A stretch of 64,000 bases of DNA from Chiloscyllium plagiosum (Eukaryota), in NCBI RefSeq assembly GCF_004010195.1, contig NC_057719.1, forward strand, positions 87,931,225 to 87,995,224, read 5' to 3'. Positions 26,307-38,584 of this stretch are shown one piece after another (position 1 is the stretch's first letter; every line of letters starts with the position of its first letter). Both the position numbers and the translations under genes were made by a program. The notes beneath the pieces were generated by a model. The model was not told the origin of the DNA, searched no databases, and saw only the letters and a program-made list of their open reading frames with translations.

Positions 26307-26928
26307 TGTGACAGGTGTAATGGACTAGCCAGACCCCCTCAAAACCTTTCAAGAAGGTAGCCCAGACCCAACTTTTCTAGTTGTTTTAAGCAGGTGTAAA
26401 ATGGATATTCCAGGAACGATGCAGCTGGCCCAACCATTCGGTTTTAAACAAAACTGAATTTATTTACACAATGAAACACAAACAAGAACCAAATTTAGAA
26501 TAACTTAATCTGTCTGAAAACCCAACTGACATGAAAATGCGCTTAACAAAGAGCTGTTCGGGCTTCCTACAACATCCCATAGCACACTCCTTGGCAAAAC
26601 AATAAATTTAAGCACCGGTTCTTACAGAGGAGAGATTGCAGAGAGAGAGAGTCAGCCAGATACCTCTGCTAAATCGGGGAATCTTTTCCCCCTACCTTTG
26701 AGCAGCTGTTTCTACAGATGCTTGCCTAAAACCAAACCAGAAAAAACCCTGAAGTGGGAGAACTGGCCACTCCCTTTTCATTTCACAAGTGCCTTTGTTT
26801 TAAAAAAACTTAAAAGCCTTTAAGTAGATATTTCCAGACACATTGGAACCTCTACCTTTACGACCTCTCTCGGAGTTGGGGGAGGACCAAGGGCAAAAAA
26901 ATCTTGTTAAAGGGTCAGCATCGTCACA
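26307..26928 (-). mobile_element. Solo LTR related to the Gmr1-type element at 40564-49683
   Basis: TGTGAC...GTCACA ends. Collinear with both LTRs (gtagcccagacc, ggatattccagga, ttttaaacaaaac, gggagaactggccac, ttgttaaagg...agcatc). No clean TSD. Confidence 0.8.
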
Positions 26929-27459
26929 CAATGTGACAGTTCAAGTCACAAAAGGATCTGTGCTCGGTTCTCAACCTTTTACAACTTACATTACTGACTT
27001 TGAGGTGAGTGAAGGTATGGCAGCTAAATGCATAGATATCTTCCTACCGATCTTGGTGTTATGCTGTAAAGGTGATATAAGGAAGTTCCAGATGCATATA
27101 GATTGACTGAGTGGGCAAACATCTGGCAGATGGAGTATAATGTGGCAAGATGTGAAGTTCACTTTTCTGCAGGAAGAATGAAAAAGCAGTGTATGACTTA
27201 AATGCAAAACAACTGTGGATTCCAATGTACAGAGGGATTATGGTGTTGTACTGCATGAGTGACACAAGGTTAGTATGCAGGTAAGTGTAATCAAGAAGGC
27301 TTAAGGGATGCTCTCCTTTATGACAGGAAGAATTGAACATAAAAGGAAGGACATAATGTTTGTTATTCAGGAAATTGGTGAGACTGTATCTGGAATACTG
27401 TTTGCAGTTTCGGTCTCCTGACTCAAGGAAGGTTGTAAGTGCTTGTAGGATAGTTCAAG

Positions 27460-28690
27460 AGGGCAATGCCAAGTCGGAGGGTGGGATCTGGGATGAGGTG
27501 GGAGGAGGGGAGATGAGGAAACTGGTGATATTGGCGTTGATGCTGTGTGGTTGGAGGGTCCCAAGGTGGAAGATGAGGCATTCTTCCTCCAGACATCAGG
27601 TGGCTTGGATTTGGTGGTGGAGGTGGCCCAGGCCTTGCATGTCCTTGGCAGAGTTGGGGGGGGGGGCGGTAGTTTAAGTGATTGGCCACAGGACGGTGGA
27701 GTTTGATGCGTATGTCCCAGTGATGTTCTCTGAAACGTTCCGCAAGTTGGGCATCCTGTCTCCCTGATGTAAAGGTGACCACATACAAAAACAGTACATG
27801 AGATGTTTGGATGTTCAGGAAAATCTGCCAGATGTGGAACGATCCTTTAGTGGTGGGGCATGGACATAAGGAGGGATTCGCGAAGGGAGTGGTATCTGTG
27901 GAATGCAGATAGGGGTGGGGAAGGAAATATATCTCTGGTGGAGGGGTCTGATTGTAGGTGGCAAAAATGGCAGAGGATGATACATTTTACACCTGTGCAC
28001 CTCTTGCCACTGCAAGAGGTGCAAAACCAGCACCCACACCTCACCTCCACCGAAGGTTCCAAAGGATCCTTCCCCATCTGGCAGAGATTTTCCTGCATAT
28101 CCAAACACCTCATCTATTGTGTCCATTGCTCTCAATGTGGTCTCCTCTACATTGAGTTGGCGTCCTGTCTCCCCAATGTTTCAGCGAACATCTCTGGGAC
28201 ACATACGAAACAACCCAAAGGGCTGTGGCTGACCATGTCAACTCCTCCTCCCACTTCCCCAAGGACATGCAAGTCCGAGGCTGCCTCCACTGCCAAATCC
28301 AGCTGGAGGAAGAACACCTCATCTTCCACCTTGGGACACATCTAACCAGATGGCATCGTCAATTTCACCAGTTTCCTCATCTCCCGCCCACCCACCTCCC
28401 ACCTCATCCCAGATCCAACTCTCCACTGTCCTCTTGAACTGTCCTACCTGTCCATCTTCCTTCCCACCTATTTGCTCCACCCTCCCCTCTGACCTATCGC
28501 CATTAACCCTTGCCTCCATCTACCTATTGCCCCAACTACCTTTGGATCCTCCACCCTGTACTCCTATTTATCTGTCAACCCACATTCCTGATGAAGGACT
28601 TATGTCTGAAATGTCAATTCTCCTGACCTTTACCAGCACCACACTTTTCAACTCTGATCTCCAGCAGCTGCAGTCGTCACTTTCTCCAAT
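27460..28690. mobile_element. Penelope-like element: minus-strand and plus-strand GIY-YIG segments arranged head-to-head
   Basis: FSCISKHLIYCVHCSQCGLLYI and DMQVRGCLHC..LEEEHLIFHLGT on +. Equivalent RFREHH...PVANH on -. Degenerate hammerhead terminus near 28588. Confidence 0.8.
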
Positions 28691-28994
28691 GTGGAATATT
28701 GCCCATGTATGTCCTGTAGACAAAAAGCAGGACAAATCCACCTCAGCCAATTACCACAACAATAATCTGTTCTTGATCATCAGTAAAGTGCTGACATCAG
28801 TAGTGCTATCAAGCAGCACCTGCTCAGCAATAGCTTGCTCAGTGATGCCCAGTTTGGGATCCACTAGGGCCATTCATTTCCTGACCTCATTACAAGCTTG
28901 GTTCAAACATGGACAAAAAAAAGCTGAATTTTTGAAGTGAGATTTTAACACCTATTGATATCAAGGCTGCATTCGACTGACCGAGACATTAATG

Positions 28995-29128
28995 TGAGAT
29001 TCCTGAAGAAGGGCTTATGCCCGATACGTCGATTCTCCTGTTCCCTGGATGCTGCCTGACCTGCTGCACTGTTCCAGCAACACATTTTCAGCTCTGATTT
29101 CCAGCATCTGCAGACCTCACTTTCTCCT
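28995..29128 (+). mobile_element. Short Penelope-terminus insertion with 14-bp TSD
   Basis: ccgagacattaatg at 28981-28994 and 29129-29142. The insert starts just upstream of the hammerhead core. Confidence 0.85.
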
Positions 29129-29317
29129 CCGAGACATTAATGATCTCTAGCAAAACTGGAATCTGTGGGTATTGGGGTAAATTCTCTGTTCCTGTCACAC
29201 CTGGTATATAAAAACAAATTGTGGTCAGACATCTCATCTCTGCAGGAATTCCTCAGGGTAATGTCCTAGTCCAACTATCTTCAGCTTCTTTGTCAATGAC
29301 CTTCCTTGCATTCATAA

Positions 29318-29862
29318 GATAGGCCGCCGACTTGCGGAGCGTTTCAGAGAACACCTCTGGGACACCCGGACCAACCAACCCAACCACCCTGTGGCTCAAC
29401 ACTTCAACTCCCCCTCCCACTCCACCAAGGATATGCAGGTCTTTGGACTCCTCCATCGCCAGACCACAACAACACGACGGTTGGAGGAAGAGCACCTCAT
29501 CTTCCGCCTAGGAACCATCCAACCCCAAGGGATGAACTCGGATTTCACCAGTTTCCTCATTTCCCCTCCCCTCACCTTGTCTCAGTCAAATCCATCGAAT
29601 TCAGCACCGCCTTCCTAACCTGCAATCTTCTTCCTGACCTCTCCGCCCCCACCCCAGTCTGACCTATCACCCTCACCTTGACCTCTCTCCACCTATCACA
29701 TTTCCGACACCCCTCCCCCAGGTCCCTCCTCCCTACCTTTTATCTTAGCCTGCTGGACAAACTTTCCTCATTCCTGAAGAAGGGCTTATGCCCGAAACGT
29801 CGATTCTCCTGTTCCCTGGATGCTGCCTGACCTGCTACACTTTTCCAGCAACACATTTTCAG
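29318..29862 (+). mobile_element. Young Penelope-like 3' fragment (GIY-YIG tail, terminal repeat, intact hammerhead core at 29774-29801)
   Basis: ORF 29391..29618 reads AQHFNSPSHSTKDMQVFGLLH...LEEEHLIFRLGTIQPQGMN. The core is CTGAAGA-A-GGGC(TTAT)GCCC-GAAACGTC. Confidence 0.88.
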
Positions 29863-30035
29863 CATATTATTTCTTTGTAAATTAACCTGCTCAGATGTGT
29901 TATAAGTCAACTTGGTGGCAGATACATTGTGAACCCAAGCCTTTTAAACCCAGAGTTGGGGACATTTTACCCCAGCACTCTACTTATTCTCTTAAATTAC
30001 CTTTAATGATCTTAATTTTACTGCTCCTTATTGTA

Positions 30036-30160
30036 GCCACCTGATGAAGGAACAGTGCTGTGAAAGCTTGTACCTCCAAATAAACCTGTTGGACTATAAC
30101 CTGGTGTTATGTGATTTTTAACTGCGTTCACTCCAATCCAACACCAGCACCTCCACATAA
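30036..30160 (+). mobile_element. Terminus of a different Penelope-like family with a degenerate hammerhead
   Basis: ccac-CTGATGA-a-ggaac..gctgt-GAAA-GC-TT followed by aataaacctgttggactataacctggtg. Confidence 0.6.
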
Positions 30161-31497
30161 TGTTCACAGTATCAGCGTAATATGACATAGAAAATCAAAA
30201 TCCAAATTAATTATAATAGCAGAGAGCTTTATTTAATTCATCTATAACCTCGTAATAACTCAACAGCAAAAAGATATTCTTGCTGTGCCAGGTTTCCAAG
30301 AAGTGCATTTAACACACTGTTAATCATTACTGGTTGCTGTCCTCCGTTACAAGTAAATAATAAATTTCTCTAAAATCTCCTTGTGCTGATACAATGCTCT
30401 TTGGAACCATGGCATGAAGAATATAAACAAACTTTCTATGTATAATGTTATTAACTTACATGACTGAGCATCCATCTATTTTGCAGTGATTATTGGAAAT
30501 CATTATGCCTCACTTTTCAAACAACTTTCTTTATGTCAGATACTATAAATATCAGTGACACCATCTTTTAAAATAACTCCACATTAAAACATCTGCTTTC
30601 ACATGTAGCAGTCAACCCAGAAAGTTCAGGACACAATGCAAAAATATGAAATGAATGATGTTTTAATCATATTCCATTGTAGTTATCAGTGTGGAAATAC
30701 AATCAAAATAACTATTTTAATCAGGTCAATTTTCTTTTTTTCATTTAATATATTAAAGGCTAAGTTTGATTTACGAGAGGGTCAAAGATTATGAGGGGAG
30801 ATAGAAAAGTGGAGTTAAGGCCATTTTCAGGTCAGCCATGACATTTTCAAAAGAGATGGAGGAGGCTTGAGGGGCCAAATGGCCGACTCCTTTGAATTTG
30901 CATGTTTTCATATACAGAGATATATATCAAATCCATCTTACATTTGCTTGTGCCAGTTTCTCCTCTCCATTCCTTTCATTATCTCTGCTTTCCTTTCCCA
31001 CCATCTCCCCTTTGCCCAATTTTTTTAACCTTTTTTTCAAATATTCTGTTAAAACTGGTGTTGCTCAAAAGTCTAGAATTGGAGAATTGTTGATATTGCA
31101 GAGGGTTTTAAGTTAGTGAAAGAGAATGGTGGGACTTTTCTGAAGTGGACCAGAGTCAAGTATTATCTGATTATTGCTCCTGTAAAATATTTGGGGACAC
31201 TTTACCATGTCAGAGGTGCTATATAAATACTAGCTCGTAGAAAGGCAACAATTGAAATTTTCAAGTCCACCTTGCCTTTTGTTCATTTCTTGCTGGTATC
31301 AAACGTACTTGCTGGCAGTTTTCAGTCCATAGTTTAACAACTCACTACCTTAAAGCTGCCAGTCCAGGGGAATCAGCACCGTAGCAAGGTACCCATGAAT
31401 GCTACACCATCAGCTCGTACAAGAACAGGAACTACCTCCCACAGGGCATGCTAGTTGTTGTGTAAGGAAGTATAGATCGACGATTACAAAGACAAAT

Positions 31498-31503
31498 TTT
31501 ATT
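31498..31503 (-). promoter_or_regulatory. Candidate polyadenylation signal of NDUFAF1 (another at 30228-30233)
   Basis: AATAAA on the minus strand about 170 nt after the stop codon. Confidence 0.45.
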
Positions 31504-31674
31504 TGAGTTTCTCCACACACGTTCAACCTTCTTAGATGCAGGTATTTTGGCTGATGTGTGCAGAATCAGCTGCTGCCCCCTTCAAATTGGCTCAGGAAGC
31601 GGAATGTCAGACCACCTGACAGAGGTTACTGAGTTCCTGGGTCTAGCTGAGGTTACGTATTCCTGTGATTTTAT

Positions 31675-31815
31675 TTATACCTCTGGATTCCTTTTGTACT
31701 TTTCATAAGCAAATTCTTCAGTGTGAGCCCGGTCGTTGTATACAGCAATGAAGTCGATTTCCAATTGAAATGGACCATCCACTTTGTCACCCAGTGTGAA
31801 GCCAATTGTGCTGAT
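31675..31815 (-). CDS. NDUFAF1: NDUFAF1 (CIA30, complex I assembly factor) last coding exon: [46 protein letters not shown]
   Basis: Matches the CIA30 C-terminus (GFTLxDKVDGPFxLEIDFI...HTEEFAYE). ttgttacag acceptor and TAA stop on the minus strand. Confidence 0.97.
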   Translation of the reverse strand: MSTIGFTLGDKVDGPFQLEIDFIAVYNDRAHTEEFAYEKYKRNPEV

Positions 31816-33654
31816 CTGTAACAAATCCACATAAATCAGAGACATGCTCAAGGTCCTGTGCTTTCTTATCCCCAGGATCAGTAACATTTCACCCCCCTCC
31901 CCAGCCCAGCTCAAATCCCACCCTCTCCGGACCCAGTAACTTCTGCTAAAGACAGAATCCAAAGAACACAGGCAGACAAAGCAACTCCAAAAGGGCCTTT
32001 CCCCTACTAGAACACAGTTCCACTGGCACATTTTGGTATTCCCTAAGCCACACACAATTGCCCATTCTGTGTGAGCACACATATTGCTGCCCAAACTATG
32101 GGCAATGTCCAAAGGGACACAACTTCCACCTCAGAGGTAGTTTCCCCCACTCTATTTGCCCTGTCCTAATCCAACTACAAGATACCTTGAATGAGGAAGA
32201 TGGGCTTAACATCTGGGTGCTAGAGAATACAAAATGGGTAGAAGTGCTGCTTCAGTTACGGAAGGCCACATCTGGAGTTATGTGAGCAGTTATACACATT
32301 GTATCTTTAGGAGTATATATTGCCCGTGGAGAGATTATAAGGTAGATTTATTAGAATGATAAGTAGACTCCAGAAGTTAAATTATGGAGTGAATACACAC
32401 CAACTATAGGGTTATACTTCCTGTAATCTACAAAGTTAAGATTTTATTGACTTCTTCAAGGTAGTAATTGGAACTGATTTCTATCTACCGTATTTCCACT
32501 GGTTTTAGAATCTCGAATTGGTGAATTGATTCTGAAAATTAGAAATCAGGCTTTTCAGGGACTTTTACCCTGTTGAAATGTAGAAGTCTGAAACTGTCTT
32601 ACACAAACACTGACTGATGCTGGTGTTAATTTTGAATCTGAGATTGACAGATTGTTAACCAAAGGCATCAGAGGTTTTGAGGCAAAGGCAAGAGGTCAAA
32701 GATCATCTGTGACCTTGTTGAATGGAGGAATAAGCTCAAGTGACTGAGTTGCTCCTGTTCCTGTACCTCCCCCTCCAACACAGTCTTGGGACAGAAGCCA
32801 AATTATTGCACAGGTCCGGATTCCTTTCTCAGGTTATATTTCACACAAGCTTCTGACTCACTCCAGTTTATCAAATGTCTATATCTGACCTTTGGAGAAC
32901 TTATCCACTGTTCTCTTGAAAACAATCACTTCAATATTAGTTTTTATCCCCAGCCAGATGTCTGACCATTGATCAGCATTAAAAAAAACTCTGCTTCAAT
33001 CAACCACATTAAGTAAGCTGACTATTTTGGGAAATTCAAGCAGCTGTTTAAGGGTCAAGCCCAGCCTACTGCCATTCATCCTGCAACACCAGTTTAATGA
33101 ACATCAGTAAAGAGGAATTGAACAAAGTATTGTCCTTCAAAAACTGGAGACTTTCAGACCACATGCCCTCACCAATGCACTTTCCTCCTTGGATCATCCT
33201 CTTATGAAACGTTAGTTTTTGAGGGATTCACAAACAAGGCAGCAGTGGTCCAGGGGCTTTGACCTACACTTTCAGAGTCAAAATTACTGGCACTTGCCAT
33301 GATGAACTCTGTTGCTCCTACAACTTGGGAATATTCCCAACACAAAACACAAGCATCGGTAATACTTTGGAAATTGATATTGATCATATTGATTAAAGAT
33401 TACATCAGCTTCTCCAGTAGGATACTTCAGGATAAGGTACACGTAGGATAAACTATCTTTAGAGGTTGGGGCAGGGGAAATTGGTTGCTTTTGCAGTTAA
33501 TTTTGGGCATATTGTGCTAGAACCTATGAGAAATCGCATTGCTTAGTGCTCATCCCAGCTGCCCAAGCCACGTAACCCTAGGGGGAATGTTCTGCTGATC
33601 ATTAACACTATTGTCAGAGCAGAATGGAATTTGTTTAAACACTCCAGCTCCAAC

Positions 33655-33729
33655 CTTGTCCAACCACAATGGGTGCTGGTTATCCTGAATTCGACCCCGA
33701 CTGGACAGGAAAAACTTGGAGAATGGAAT
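33655..33729 (-). CDS. NDUFAF1: NDUFAF1 penultimate coding exon: IPFSKFFLSSRGRIQDNQHPLWLDK
   Basis: 75-nt phase 0/0 exon with cttttccag acceptor and GTTGGA donor. Matches the IPFSKFFxSxRGRIxDxQ motif. Confidence 0.96.
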
Positions 33730-35197
33730 CTGGAAAAGCACAAGATAAACAGAGACTTTAGAAAAGTTTCCTTTGGCCTTCAAGTTCAGCAATTGTATCA
33801 AGAGGCAGACAGATCCTCTATCAGAGAGCAACCCACCAAGGCTCCTACAACAACACCTTCCAAACCAGTTACAAGGACAAGGATAGCAGATACATGAGAA
33901 CACCACCACCCACAAGCTCCTCTCGAAGCCACACACCATCCTGACTTGGAATTATATTGCCTTTCCTACACTGTCCTCATGTCAAACCTCCAAGGACTGC
34001 AGTGGGTTAAGAAGGCAGCCTTTCCAAGGGCAATTAGGGATGTGCAATGAATTGTTGGCCCTGTTAATAATGCCCACATCCTAAGAACGAATAAAAATAA
34101 TAAAGACTTGCACAAGGAAAGCCACTCTGTAGGTACTGCAAGCAATCAGGAAGATAAATGACACGCATGTGGCAATTATTGCAAGGGGATTGGAATACAA
34201 GAATAAGGAAGTCTTGCTCCAGCTGTACTGGGGCTTGTTACCACCGTATCTAGAATATAGTGAGCAATTTGGGTCTCTACATTTAAAGAAGGTTATCCTC
34301 TTGTTGAAGTTGGTACAGAAATAGATCACTAGATTGGTCCCTGGGTCAAAGGGTTGCATTACGATTAAAAATTGAGTAAATTATGCTTATTCACTTTGGA
34401 GATTATAAAAAATGAGGGATGATCTCACTGAAACATAAGATTCTGAAGGGGCTTGATAGGGTCAATACTGAGAGGTTGTTTCCCCAGGACAGGGAATCTG
34501 GAATACAAGGGGCACAGGCTCAGTAATAAGGGGCCAATCACTTATGACTGAGACGAGGAAAAATGCCTTACTCAGGGTTTGTGAATCTTTGGAATTTTCT
34601 AACTACAGAAAGTTGCATCATTCAATATATTTTAGGTGACAGAGGTAGTTTTCTTTGTCCTCTCACAGAATACGGGGTGTGGCTAGGAAATTACAGTTAC
34701 AAAGTCATACAGCACAGAAACATAAGCTTCAGTACAACTACCTGTAGGTCACGCCGGCCTAGGCTTCCTAAACTAAACTAATCCCACTTGCTTGCATTGG
34801 CCCATATCCCTCTAAACCTTTCCTATTCATGTATCTGTCTAAATATCTTTTAAATACCTTTTAACTACCTGCATCTACCACTTCCTCTGGCACTTTGTTC
34901 CATATACACACCAGCCTGTGCCCAGACGTTGCCACTCAAGCCCCTTTTAAATCTTTCTCCGACCACCTAAAAATATGCCCCCTTGTTTTGAACTTCCCCA
35001 CTTTAGGGACCTTTGCTATTCACCTTACCTACGCCCCTCACGATTTTATAAACCTCTATAAGGTCAGCCCTCAATTTCCTACTCTTCAGGGAAAGAAGTC
35101 CCAGTATATCCTGCCTCTATTTATAACTCAAACCCTCCAGTCCCGGCAACATCCTTGTAAATCTTTCCAATTTAATAATATTTTTCCTAAAGATCAA

Positions 35198-35697
35198 NNN
35201 NNNNNNNNNNNNNNNNNNNNNNNNNNNNNNNNNNNNNNNNNNNNNNNNNNNNNNNNNNNNNNNNNNNNNNNNNNNNNNNNNNNNNNNNNNNNNNNNNNNN
35301 NNNNNNNNNNNNNNNNNNNNNNNNNNNNNNNNNNNNNNNNNNNNNNNNNNNNNNNNNNNNNNNNNNNNNNNNNNNNNNNNNNNNNNNNNNNNNNNNNNNN
35401 NNNNNNNNNNNNNNNNNNNNNNNNNNNNNNNNNNNNNNNNNNNNNNNNNNNNNNNNNNNNNNNNNNNNNNNNNNNNNNNNNNNNNNNNNNNNNNNNNNNN
35501 NNNNNNNNNNNNNNNNNNNNNNNNNNNNNNNNNNNNNNNNNNNNNNNNNNNNNNNNNNNNNNNNNNNNNNNNNNNNNNNNNNNNNNNNNNNNNNNNNNNN
35601 NNNNNNNNNNNNNNNNNNNNNNNNNNNNNNNNNNNNNNNNNNNNNNNNNNNNNNNNNNNNNNNNNNNNNNNNNNNNNNNNNNNNNNNNNNNNNNNNN
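35198..35697. other. Assembly gap (N run) flanked by oppositely oriented CR1 3' ends
   Basis: Run of N. CR1 tail on - at about 34700-35197 and on + at about 35698-35890. Confidence 0.97.
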
Positions 35698-36934
35698 GGT
35701 GCATGACTGGAATGAACTGCCAGCGAAAGTGATGGGGGCTGGTGTCATTACAACATTTCAAAGGCATCTGGATAAGAATGGTTTAGAAGGATATGGGCCA
35801 AATGCTGGCAAATGGGTCTAGATCAGCTTAGGATATCCGATCGGCATGGATGAATTTGACCAAAGGGTCTGTTTCTATGCTGTGCAAATCTAACCTCCTA
35901 AAAGTTCTGCTCACCCCCAGTAAAATCCCTCCCCTCAAAAATCCTCCTCGCCCCAATTTCTTCAGTAATTTCTCCCAAGAATCCTCACAAATCTTAAAAT
36001 CCTAGCCCATCATAACCACCTAAGTCCCAAACACTGAGTGACTCCCTCCCCAGAAAACCTCCTAATCCCGCATCTACCAGTAAACATAGAGCAAGAGTAG
36101 GCCATTCAACCGTTCAAGTCTGCTCTGTCATTCAATATGATCATGGCTGAAAATCCACCTCAGTACCCTGTTCCTGTTTTACTCAGTGACTTTACCTCCA
36201 TAGCCTGCTGTGGTAGAGCATTCCACAGATTTAATGCCCTTTGAGTGAAGATATTTTTCCTCATCTCAGTCTTAAATGGTTTGACCCTTATCCTGAGTCT
36301 AAGTTTCCTGGTTCTAGACTCCCAAACCAAGGAAAACACCTTTCCTGCATCTAATCTGTTCATCCCTGTTAGCATTCTCTATTCCCTCTAATCCTTCTGA
36401 ACGGTAGTGAATGCAGGCTTAATCGATCCAATTTTTCCTCAAAGGACAGCCCCTGTATCAGTCTAATGAACTGCTGCTGCACTCCATCTATGACAAGTAT
36501 ATCTTAGACAGAAAGAGGCCAAATTTGCATGCAATACATTGACTCCCTGTCTTTTTAACAATTTCATCTATATTGAACAATGATTTCCATATTCTGTGCC
36601 CCCTCAAGATTGGGAAATGAATATTCCAGGATCTTTATTTCAAAAAAACAGACAACAGGGATAGTCTAAGCAGAGGTCGGCAAGGCTGCCTTTGTAATAA
36701 AAGATTATAAAAGAAGGACAATCATTAGGAAGGAGCTTGCTCAGAAAGGCAGTGAGTAGAATCACCAGAGGTGGAGTGAACCAACAAGGGGCAGAAAACC
36801 CTGATAGGTGGAATAAATGGACCCCAAAAGTAGCAAGATGACTGGGTAGAGCCTTAGTCAAGAAATATTGTTAGGATACAGAAACAGACAGCTGCAACAC
36901 AATAAAATTAAAATGTTCAAAGACCCTCAGATTC

Positions 36935-38362
36935 AGATTGTAAGTTTGCTCACTGAGCTGGAAGGTTTGTTTTCAGATGTTTCATCACCATGCAAGGTAA
37001 CATCATCAGTGAACCTCCGGATGAAGCGCTGGTGATATGTCCTGCTTTATATTTGTGTGTCTTGGTCTCTTAAGGTGGGTGATGCCATTTCCAGTTCTTT
37101 TTCTCAGAGGTTGGTAAATGGGGTCCAAATCAATGTGTTTATTGATGAAGTTCTGGTTTGAATGTCAGATCTTTAGGAATTCCCATGTTTGTCTCTGTTT
37201 CGCCTGTCCTAGGATGAAGTGTTGTCCTTCTTTGTCTGTATATAAGGATACTAGTGATAGTGGGTCATGTCTTTGGTGGCTAGTTGGTGTTCGTGTATCC
37301 TGGTAGCTAGTTTTCTGCATGTCTGTCTGGTGTAGTGTTTATTACAGTCGTTGCATGGTATTTTGTAAATGTCATTCATTTTACTGGTTGTTGATATAGG
37401 GTCCTTTAGGTTCATCAGCCGCTGTTTCAGTGTGCCAGTAGGTTTGTGGGTTACCATTATGCCAAAGGGTCGGAGTATTCTGGTAATCATCTCCGAGATG
37501 TCTTTGATGTATGGTAGTGTGGCTAGAGTTTATGGGCATGTTGTGTCTGCTTGTTTGGGTTTGTTGTTTAGAAATAGGCAGACTGTGTTTATCGGTACTT
37601 GTTGTTCTTGAATAAGCTGTTTAGGTTTTTTTTCTGCCACTTGTAGTTCCTGGGCACTGCAGTGTGTTGTGGTCCATTTAAATAATGTCCTGATGCAGCT
37701 CCATTTGTGGGTGTTGGGATGAGTGCTTTGTACTTAAAGATCTGGTCTGTGTGTGTTGCTTCCTGTAGATGCAAGTCTTAAGTTCTCCTTTAACTGTTTG
37801 TTCCACTGTGACACCTAGAAAGGGGAGACTATTGTTGTTCTCTTCCTGTTTTGTGAAATTTATGTCAGTAAGGATTTTGTAGGTTTCCTCTAATTTGTTC
37901 AGTTTTGTGATGACAAAGATGTCATCCACGTAGCAGACCCAAAGTTTGGGTTGGATAGTGTTGAGGGCTGTTCGTTTGAGTCTCTGCATTACTGCTTCTG
38001 TTAAGAAGCCTGATATTGGTGATCCCATGGGTATTCCATGGATATGTTTGTAGGTCTTGTCATTGAAGGTGAAGTGGGTAGTGAGGCAGAGGTCTACCAG
38101 CTTGAGGATGTTGTCCTTGCGGATGAAGTTGGTGCTGTCTGATGTTTGTGTCCTTGGTTCCTCTCATCGTGCAGTCAGTATTCCATTGGCCAGGCTGATC
38201 TTAATTAATGTGAATAGGGCTGTTACGTCAAAGGAGACCATTATTTCATTCTCTTCTATTGGCACGCTGACGTACAGACTAGCAAAGGAATTCCACTGAA
38301 AACTGAAATACCTAGTAGTAGACTCATGCCACTCCATCCACTCCACCCAAGAATTCCTGAAC
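36935..38362 (-). mobile_element. Penelope-like element (RT plus GIY-YIG), degenerate, with 5' inversion and terminal hammerhead
   Basis: MVSFDVTALFT, MGSPISG, YVDDIFV and IYKIPCNDCNKHY...LATRIHEH motifs. 38261-38362 lies on the opposite strand. Confidence 0.93.
36972..37013 (-). ncRNA. Minimal type I hammerhead ribozyme motif
   Basis: Minus strand reads TTCA-CTGATGA-T-GTTACC(TTGCAT)GGTGAT-GAAA-CA-TC-TGAA. Stem I is TTCA/TGAA, stem II has G-U pairs, and stem III looks CpG-decayed. Confidence 0.7.
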
Positions 38363-38537
38363 AGACATACTTTAGTACCTGTTTTCGCTAACCGAAAGAA
38401 ATCCAAAGAGAATTTTTACTTTTATGGAAAAGGCAAATTTTTTTCCCATATAAATTAACGCTTCTATGCTTTACGCCATTTCAGCTTACCTAAGGTTTCA
38501 TAGGAACGCTTTATTTTCGGATAGCGGGGGATATCTA
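38363..38537 (-). mobile_element. Tigger6-like (pogo/TcMar) non-autonomous DNA transposon fragment
   Basis: Minus strand TA|TAGATATCCCCCGCTATCCGAAAATAAAGCGTTCCTATGAAACC...AAATGGCGTAAAGC...TTCTTTCGGTTAGCGAAAACAGGTACTAA resembles both ends of Tigger6 as recalled. TA at 38538-38539. Confidence 0.7.
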
Positions 38538-38584
38538 TAGTCAATTCCACAGGGTCATCACTCTCGTTATGTACCCTGGTTGGA

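Noticed and set aside
31816..32112. N-terminal part of ORF 31675..32112, and the flanks of ORF 33550..33939
   Set aside because: Intronic read-through beyond clear splice sites.
3940..33600. Faint ancient SINE/L2-like remnants (about 3940-4075, 15370-15550, 18170-18345, 23100-23210, 31100-31460)
   Set aside because: Too degenerate to assign or bound without a profile search.
34895..35821. Long ORFs across the first N gap (and similar ones at 55499-56833)
   Set aside because: Their length is an artefact of N runs, and the real parts are CR1 or Tx1 sequence.
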